From NCBI RefSeq assembly GCF_001194135.2, contig NC_068981.1, forward strand, positions 94,016,462 through 94,080,461: a stretch of DNA of 64,000 nucleotides. The letters are read 5' to 3'. Made by a program: the position numbers and the translations under genes. The notes under the pieces were generated by a model. That model had not been told where the DNA came from, searched no databases, and saw only the letters and a program-made list of their open reading frames with translations. Positions 49,901-59,807 of this stretch are shown one piece after another. The stretch comes from Octopus bimaculoides (lineage: Eukaryota). Within the stretch, counting starts at the first letter, position 1. Every line of letters begins with the position of its first letter.

Positions 49901-52900
49901 TTGTTTGGGATGAATGCACAATGGCTCACAAGGGTAACCTTGAAGCATCAGATAGAATTTTGCGAGACATAAAGAAAAGCCACGAACTGATGAAGTGTGG
50001 GGGGGGGGAGTCACTGTTTTGCTATCTGGGGACTTCAGACAAACCTTGCCAGTGATTCCGAAAGGCACAAGAGCAGATGAAGTAATGGCATGTCTTAAGT
50101 CTTCACTTCTATGGGGTCATGTTGTTATTTTAAAGTTAGAATCGAACATGAAAGCGCACCTCCATGAGAACCCACTGTCAGAAGATTTTACTTACTGTGT
50201 TTGCCTGGGGATGTGACAGTCTATAAGTCAGTAGACACCATTCCCAATCAGGATGAGGTAGTTGATTATCCCACTCGAATTTTGGATTCCTTGGAGCCTT
50301 CAGGTGTACCTCCACATATTCTTACTCTTAAAGTGGGTAGCCATGTTATGCTGATAAAGAATTTATATCCACCAACGTTCTTATCACAAAATTACTTCCC
50401 AATGTCATTGAAGCAACGATTATGACTGTCTGTGGTAAAGGTCAAGACGTCTTCATACCGTAAATTCCCCTTGTGCCTTCGGCAGCTGACTTACCATTCA
50501 CATTCCATAGAGTGCAATTTCCAATTAGACCCAGTTACACCATGTCATTAATAAGTCCCAGGGGCAGTCGCTGTCTGTCGGACTTTACTTAGTCGTACCA
50601 TGCTTTTCACACGGTCAACTGTACATTGGCTGCTCAAGAGTGGGTTGTAGGAACAGTTTACATGCCTTTATCCCCCAGGGGAAAACTAAAAATGTTGTTT
50701 ATAAGGAAGTTTTGTAGACTTGTCATATTGGCGCCATGTTTCAGCCCTATGTTATTGCTGTTATAATTTTTGTTACTTTATTTTTTCACTTGATTGTTGT
50801 CGTAATATTACATGTGTGGTTCCCTTATAGAGTTACTTAGGTGTTAGTCTTGCCATAAAGCGTGATAGGTGTTTAACCCTTTCGTTACTGTATTTATTTT
50901 GAGATGCTCCATGTTTCTTTCAATTACTTTAAATATAACAAAGAATTTAGTAAAATAACTCAGTTATCATGAAGCTAGTGTTAAGAACTTAAATTGTGAC
51001 TAAGGCTGGGTGGAAGATTTTAATTTAGAACTTATGAAAACAAGACATTTGTACTACAGAGCCAGAGCCGGTTTCAGCCGGGTTGGTAACGAAAGGGTTA
51101 AGGGAAGGAGGTATTAATTGGTTTATTAGTTTCAAAGCCTTTTCCAACTAACGAACACGGGCAACGCCGGGTACACCTGTTAGTCCTCATTAATACTGCT
51201 TGGATATTCTTATGTCCTGCAACTTAGCAGTGTAAATGTGAAGACCAGAAAAATAAAGTACTAGAAAACAAATAAGGGTTGGGATTGGAAAGAGTTGCTG
51301 AAGAATAACCACCCAAGAAATCTTGTTCAACCCATGTCAGCATGGGAAAAGTGAATGTAATATGACAATGACATATGTATACACCCATAAATATATGCAT
51401 GCTTCTGTCTTTTGTGTCTCTCAGTGAAGGATGAAAATAAGCATACCAATAAAACCAGTACTTTTGAACAAAGTTCCTTGAGATATTTATTCTACACAAG
51501 TCACAGGTACCATGAAAAATGCAGTGAAATAGTAATAGGTCAAACACTACAATAATACTATGGGTCAACGACTACGCGTAATCACGGAGATGTGAATTCG
51601 TGTCCCACAGCTAACCACCTACACTTTTTTCTGCAAAATAGGGGTAGTTTATCCTGTTCAGGCTACATTATTAGCATTATCCTGCGTTTGAGAATTTAAA
51701 ATCACTTCTTTAACTTTCTAAGACATCTCANNNNNNNNNNNNNNNNNNNNNNNNNNNNNNNNNNNNNNNNNNNNNNNNNNNNNNNNNNNNNNNNNNNNNN
51801 NNNNNNNNNNNNNNNNNNNNNNNNNNNNNNNNNNNNNNNNNNNNNNNNNNNNNNNNNNNNNNNNNNNNNNNNNNNNNNNNNNNNNNNNNNNNNNNNNNNN
51901 NNNNNNNNNNNNNNNNNNNNNNNNNNNNNNNNNNNNNNNNNNNNNNNNNNNNNNNNNNNNNNNNNGTGATACTAAAGTCAAGCAACCTAAATACAGGGAA
52001 GGAGGTGACTTATCAATGTCTACTTTTAAACAGTTGGTTATTTAACTCCTTAGCATTTAAACTGGCCATGTCTTGCCCTAGTGGAGACGCAATGGCCCAG
52101 TGGTTAGGGCAGTGGACTCGCAGTCATAAGATCACGGTTTTGATTCCCAGACCAGGCGTTGTGAGTGTTTATTGAGCGAAAACGCCTAAAGCTCCATGAG
52201 GCTCCAGCAGGGGATGGTGGCGAACCCTGCTGTACTCTTTCACCACAACTTTCTCTCACTAAGGGCCAGCCTTGTCACACTGTGCCACGTTGAATTTCCC
52301 CGAGAACTACATTAAGGGTACACATGTCTGTGGAGTGCTCAGCCACTTGCATGTTAATTTCACGAGCAGGCTGTTCCGTTGATCAGATCAACTGGAACCC
52401 TCGACGTCGTAAGCGACGGAGTGTCAACAACAACATGTCTTGCCCTAATATTCTATTTGTTTTATGTTCAAACTGGCTATATCCAGCCTCTCACACCTAC
52501 CCTACAATGTTATTCTGAAAATAAAAACTCACATCATTGGAATTTCAAAGCCACAAGATAATGCAGGATTAATTTGAAACAATATGAATAAATAAACATT
52601 ACATTTGACAGAGTAATCTGAATACTAAAGAGCTAAATAACTTAGGTAACTGATTAATAGTTTTCAAGAGCTTAAATCAAAAATAACAAACAACTGTTAA
52701 AATTCTCCACCCATGGTCACCGCTCACTGCATTCCCCTCCCCTCTATCTTCCCGTTTCCTAACTGACCTACACACAATCTGTCCCCGACGAATCTTTCCC
52801 TCCCCACAACATATCTTCCTAACACCCTCTCCTGTGTTCACTTACTGTATTGCTCTCCCCTCTGCCTCTCACTCTTCTTTCACATTCATGTGAACTTACC

Positions 52901-55900
52901 TGCCCACTCACTCTATCCAATCCTCTTTACCCCTTCACTTGTATACACCTCCCGGTAACTTGAGGATATCCGCTGGCACGTCTCCATCTTTACTCTCCTT
53001 TTCCAAATGGAGTAGCTCTGTGTCTCCTATACTGCAAGACAACCTGTTTTTGTCCCTCTATCATACTCTAATCTCTCACCATTTGACACAAAGCGTTTTC
53101 TCCCTCAACACTAATCCCTGCTCAGTTGATTGATGGGTCCTTGTTTTGCAAGTTATTTGGTGACCTCACTGGTGTGTCACATAAAAAGCACCCAATACAT
53201 CCTGTAAAGTGGTTGATATTAGGAAGGGCATCTAGCTGTAGAAACCATGTCAAAGCAGACAGTATAATTTGGCACAGTAGAGCTTTTGTCAAACAGTCCC
53301 ACCTAAGCCGACATAGAAAACAGATGTTAAATGATGATGGTAATGATAACAGAGTGTGGTTGTTAAGTGCAAATAGATTAATTATAAATGGCAGGTTATA
53401 CTGAAATCATCTTGTTTGAAGGAATAAAATAATGAAATGAAAAATAAAGTTAAAAAAATGTACAAAAACAAGAGAAAGACATATTTTGATATAAAAGAAT
53501 TTTTGATTATTAAATCCAACATATACTTTTAGTTAATTGGGTTTAAGAGTTACTTGCTCTTGAAATCTGTTTTAACCCTTTAGCATTTAAACTGGCCATA
53601 TCTGGCCAAAATATACTTATTTTATGTTTAAACTGGCCAGATCCTGCCTCTCAAACCTACCCTAAAATTTCATTCTAAAAATATACAATCATACCATCAA
53701 AATTTCAAAGCTATAAGATAATGCAGGATTAATTCAAAACAATGTAAATAAATAAACATTACATTTGACAGAGTAATCATCATCATCATCGTTTAACGTC
53801 CGCTTTCCATGCTAGCATGGGTTGGACGATTTGACTGAGGACTGGTGAAACCGGATGGCAACACCAGGCTCCAGTCTAATTTGGCAGAGTTTCTACAGCT
53901 GGATGCCCTTCCTAACGCCAACCACTCAGAGAGTGTAGTGGGTGCTTTTACGTATCACCCGCACGAAAACNNNNNNNNNNNNNNNNNNNNNNNNNNNNNN
54001 NNNNNNNNNNNNNNNNNNNNNNNNNNNNNNNNNNNNNNNNNNNNNNNNNNNNNNNNNNNNNNNNNNNNNNNNNNNNNNNNNNNNNNNNNNNNNNNNNNNN
54101 NNNNNNNNNNNNNNNNNNNNNNNNNNNNNNNNNNNNNNNNNNNNNNNNNNNNNNNNNNNNNNNNNNNNNNNNNNNNNNNNNNNNNNNNNNNNNNNNNNNN
54201 NNNNNNNNNNNNNNNNNNNNNNNNNNNNNNNNNNNNNNACGATCTTACTTGGCTTGCCGGGTCTTCTCGCGCACAGCACATTTCCAAAGGTCTCGGTCAG
54301 TAGTCATCGCCTCGGTGAGGCCCAATGTACGAAGGTCTTGCCTCACCACCTCAGCCTACCTCTTCCACGGGTTCCCTCAACTGTTAGGGTGTGGCACTTT
54401 TTCACGCAGCTATCCTCATCCATTCTCACCACATGTCCATACCAGCGCAATCGTCTCTCTTGCACGCCACAACTGATGCTTCTAATGTTCAGATTTTCTC
54501 TCAAGATACTTACACTCTGATGGGTATTCACATTGACATTACACATCCAACGGAGCATACTGGCTTCAGTAATCTGAATGCTAAAGGGTTAAACTCTACC
54601 CATTGTCAATTAACAACATTAATATGTAAAAATTAATCAAATGATGCAGTCCTAAATGTATGAAATGCCTTACTACTAGTTTATTAGAAAATTTTAAACT
54701 TTAGACTTTCAAAATAATATAACAACCTAAATTTAATCAGTGATTCACAACACTACTTTCTAATCATGAAAAAATATATTAACAGTGTGTCCACTCTCAA
54801 CCTTGCAAAATATATTTAAAAAATAAAAGGAACTCATAGACTGGCAAATAAAATTGGTTGTGCAACATACGTTTCATCATCATTAATACCACTCCTATTA
54901 TACAATGAGAACAGCTATAAGTGATAGTGATTACAAGCATTATTAGTCACGTAGGAATCTGTAGCAGGTGCTGACTTAAAATAGATAGAAAAGATTCTTA
55001 TTTCTAAGAGAAGATTTGAAAATAATGAAAAATTCAAGTGTTACCTATGGTCAGGTGACAAACACATGCCAATAATATGGCCATCAAGTTCGATAAGATG
55101 ATCGACTTCGTCAAACTTGTGAGGGGATCCTGGTTGATTGTCTTCCACGTTTGGGAGCAACCTTACACCATCTTCAGACTCTTCCACATTTTCATAATGT
55201 ACAGCTTCAAGAGAATGAATTTTTTTAATACCAATCTGATGAGGTGTGTAAGTTTTAGAACCCGTTGTAAAAATAAGGTATTTGTCATGAACTTTTGAGT
55301 TTTCCTTTGAGTCACTAGCCTTCTTAGATATTTCTTCTATATCTTTCAGTGAAGTTGTAGCAGATGAAAACCTTAAATTCTTGCGGATATTTGTATTTCT
55401 TTTGGGAATCCATACTCCAGCAGAACAGCTTCTTGGATCTCGAACACAACCAGGCATAGAACATTTATCTGAATCTTTATCGTTATTTAATTTTTCTTCA
55501 AGAGGTTTAGATTCAAATAATTCATTGTTTGTACTGCTGTTGCAGCGATTACTGTTGCTTAAAGAAGCTCCAGAACAGTCAGACATACATAAACATTCTT
55601 CAGAATCAGAAGAATTCATTACTAATGTATCAGAAATATCAGAGTCTAAATCATCAAATCTTGTGGCTTCTGTATTTTGGTAATCTTCACTAGAATCAAT
55701 TGTATTTTTATCCTCAACGTCATCATTAGAAACTGCCAGCATATGATTCTGAAGTTTTCTATTTTGAATTAAATTAATACATTGAAGATTCTTGCAGCTA
55801 CGTTTAGTTTGCTCACCATTTGTACATGTGGCCTTCTGTTGAGATATTTTATCAGCTCGTCTTTTATTGCAATTAGGACAATTAGAAACCCTTGTACATG

Positions 55901-58369
55901 ATGAGACCCGTAAAGGAACAGAGTTTTTAGGATTTTTACCACTCAAATCAACATCTTTTTCACTAAAAGCTTCTGCTTGATCGTCTGTACTGTTATTTGC
56001 AGTTAAATCTTCACTAGAATGACTTTCATCCTCTGTCATACAGTTTGCAATCATAATAGCTCGAATAGAACTAGCATTTATATTTTTGAAACGGTACATC
56101 AGCATCACAACAGACTCGTGTTCAGAGTCAGTTGCTTGAAATGCCTGTAACAAGAAAACATATTACTTAGAGAATAACGGTTATAGAAAAAGATAATGAT
56201 CTAATATTGCATAGGCCACATCAATTACATATATATATTCGCTTAGATGTAAATAAGAGTTTAATTACAGAGATGTCTAATCAATAAAATTAAATTTTTA
56301 GCTTCATGCAAAAATCATGACACTTGTAAAAAAAAAAACACTAACTTAAAGTAACCTAAAGTGAGTCCTACTTCACAGACAAAAAGTGGATCAGTTTATT
56401 TACAACTGTCTGCTCTTCTTATCAGCAGCTACTGAAATGAAAAATGGTCAGGTTTTTACCAAATATAAGGGAAGGAATAAAAACTAAGGTAGCCTGTTTT
56501 CTGCAACCCAGCCTGGCAAAATGATATGCACAAGAGTGATATATTTAAATTAGCCACAAGTTTTACCTTATTAAATAAATCTCCATTTTATCCAAAATAG
56601 CTTCAAAATTAGCCAGACAACCAAGTGATTTGAAAACATATTAAAATATGTTAGTCTTAACATATTTAATGCATGCAACATTGAAAAACTAACTATAAAC
56701 ACATATGCAGTGAGAAAAAGAAATTATATTAGTCTAGAACTAATATTTTATCATTTTAAGGCTAAACATTGTAGACATCATCTTTCAATCTTATTCTGGT
56801 TGTATCCTACTTTACATTCAAGGTGAAATTTTACTTGACAAGCAAAGTAGGGTGCAACCAAATTGTGTCATATCTAAGTCATTACAATATCAAATACAAT
56901 CCACCTTTTGCATGAGATAACTGCAACAAATGAATCACAAAGTAAATATACAAGATTGTTCTTGTATTGTTCTTCAGTTTGTTTTAAAACTAATACTCTC
57001 AGAGTGGTTGGCGTTAGGAAGGGCATCCAGCTGTAGAAACTCTGCCAAATCAGATTGGAGCCTGGTGTCGCCTCCTGGTCCACCAATCCTCAGTCAAATC
57101 ATCCAACCCATGCTAGCATGGAAAGCGGACGTTAAACGACGATGATGATGATGACAGTTATGTGAAAAAGATATGGCTGCTATTTCTAGCACTGGCTCAA
57201 ATATGTGAAAATGTTTTTTGAGCTTGCCCAGAAAATGGAAAAATAACATTAGTCATTGACACTAACTTTTTCTTCTCACTTAAAATTGTTTCTAATGCCC
57301 CCTGCATTATACAAGTTAAACCTACCAATTGGTTTTCATGTAGTGTCTCTGAATTATATTATCTCTGAACATTTTGGAGATAAGTTACTTAGCTTTTTAT
57401 TTTCCAAATCTGACAATATATCCAGTAGCATGTCAAATCAAAACCATGGATAAGATGGATTTGTACATCTAAATGTTTCATTAGTACATTTACAAGAGAG
57501 ATTAGTTCAACTAGAAGTAATCCACTAACTGCCATCTCTTAGTACTTGCTCTGTTAAACTAATGGCAACATTAATCAAAACTTACTTTGTTCAGCCAGAT
57601 ATCACAATAGGACTGTACAGGACCAAACCAGTGCAGATGACCAGAGAGTAAATAGCTTGAATTGTACCAAGTACCAAAAACATCATAAGGTTTATTCAAA
57701 ACACGACACTGTAATTGAAATTCATCTGAAAGACAGAGAAAGGGTAATATTTAATTACATGAAAAAATATGTTTTAAAACTTAAATCTAATAATATTATA
57801 TTGATTTCAAGCCAAATTGGAGTACTTAACTTTAGATTTTCACGAGATATTATCAACCCTTGTACATATTTTATTGAATGGTTAAGACACCGTTTGACAT
57901 AAGAGGATGCAACTTAATTTACTGTTTTACATTAAATAAGACACATACACATTACAGGCTTCTACAGTTTTTGACTAACAACTCATACACTGAAAGCTAA
58001 GCTACAGTAAGTACCTAAGCTCCCTTATTTTTACCGCATAGTTTTATGTATTCAAAATCAGAACCAGACACAATTTCACTACTCTAAATACAATTTTATA
58101 ATGATGATTATGTAACAATATATGACCAGAGAAACCTTCCCTACTACCATCTTATCCAACATCATAAGTCAAACTATAGAGGTTTTCTGCATTCATTTTA
58201 TGTCATTCATTTTTCCATTGCAATAATGGTTTTCATCCTCCAGCCATCCTTCAGATACAGTTAGGCTTTTATCTTTTACACATTTCAGTCATCAGACTGG
58301 CCATGCTGAGGCACTGCCTTGAAGAATTTTAGTCACACAGACACAAACACACACATATANNNNNNNNNN

Positions 58370-58423
<54 letters not shown>

Positions 58424-59776
58424 CATACATGATGGGCTTCTTTCAGTTTCTGACTACCAAATCCACTCACAAGATTTTGGTTGAACCAAAACTGTAGTAG
58501 AAGACACTTGTCTAAGGTATCATGCAGTGGGACTGAACCTGGGACCATTTGGTTGGAAGGCAAACTTCTTACCACACAGCCATGCCTGCACCTTTGTGCA
58601 ATAAATATAGAACATGAAATAAACATTACATATGAGAGGTGTAAACTTTCCCAGCTGACCAGTTTTAAATGTTACTATTTTCAAGTTATACTGTGTATAA
58701 TTATTTGCTGAATCTAATAATCAATGAATCTCAAACTAGGGGCTGCTAAATCAAATTTGCAAACTTTCTGGAGTTACACATTCTTTCATAATTTAAAATT
58801 GCAGAATAATAATTGAAATTATAAATTAGTCATAGTGTTTATGTGCAAGTCTCTGCAATTCTGGAAACATGTGGTTGATGGTTTTTGTCTGCAGATGACA
58901 TGGTAAATCAGAAGGTATATATTACAAGTTACTAGTACTTCAGCAGTTCTTGCATTATTATCTATTTAATGATTTTTTTTTTCTGTGGGCTGTAGGATTC
59001 ATGTTTGTTACCATTTTTTAACCCTTTAGCATTCAGATTTCTTTATCAAATATAATGCTTATTTATTCATATTGATTTGAATTAGTCATGCATTACCTTG
59101 TAGCTTTGAGATTTCAATGACATGATTATTTTTAGAATGACATTGTAGGGTAGGTGTAAGAGGCTGGATCTGGCCAATTTGAAGATAAAACAGATACATT
59201 ATTCATGTTGAATATGGCCAGTTTATATGCTAAAGGGTTAAACCAAAATGACCATCAAATTCAATCTTAAATATTTTTACTGCAAACTTTGTGAATATCA
59301 ATACTAAGACATTCATCTGCAACAATTTTTAAAGTTTTGGCGGTTCAGATTTGAATTCAGGAATTTAAACTTGCATATGCTGTTTGCTGATTCACTTAAG
59401 GCATTATTAATTACAATCTAACTTTGGTTAATTTCAAATAACACATTTTTAATAACTAATAATCATTATTTAAGATTGCTTCCTTTGACACCTGATTCCA
59501 GCTTATATCCACTATGTATGAATCCTAAAATGTCTTAAAATGTAGTGATCTTCGTCTCTAAATAACAGCTTGATTGTATCAATTTTATCTTCTTCAAAAA
59601 TTTTGCCCAGAACTAATGCATGCATGTGTAGATGCATGGCTAATCTTAACCAACAGAGGCTCTCTCCCTCTGTGTGTGTGTGTGTGTGTAATATATACAC
59701 ATACACACGCACACACTGTAAATGCAATGAACAATAAAAAAAATGCTGATTTCATACACACACACATTTGTATGCA

Positions 59777-59807
<31 letters not shown>

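Larger units (their letters stand above)
48663..51183 (+). mobile_element. Internally deleted Helitron with both termini
   Basis: 5' end A|TCTTACATATTAAAACTGAAAA(TG)n; 3' end CACGGGCAACGCCGGGTACACCTG-TTAG|T; helicase remnant inside. Confidence 0.85.

Noticed and set aside
49210-50425. Host PIF1 helicase gene
   Set aside because: It is intronless, multiply frameshifted, and bounded by Helitron termini inside an FBXW5 intron.
55381-55683. + strand ORFs of 100 aa (and 73 aa at 55077-55298)
   Set aside because: They are antisense shadows of FBXW5 exon 4.
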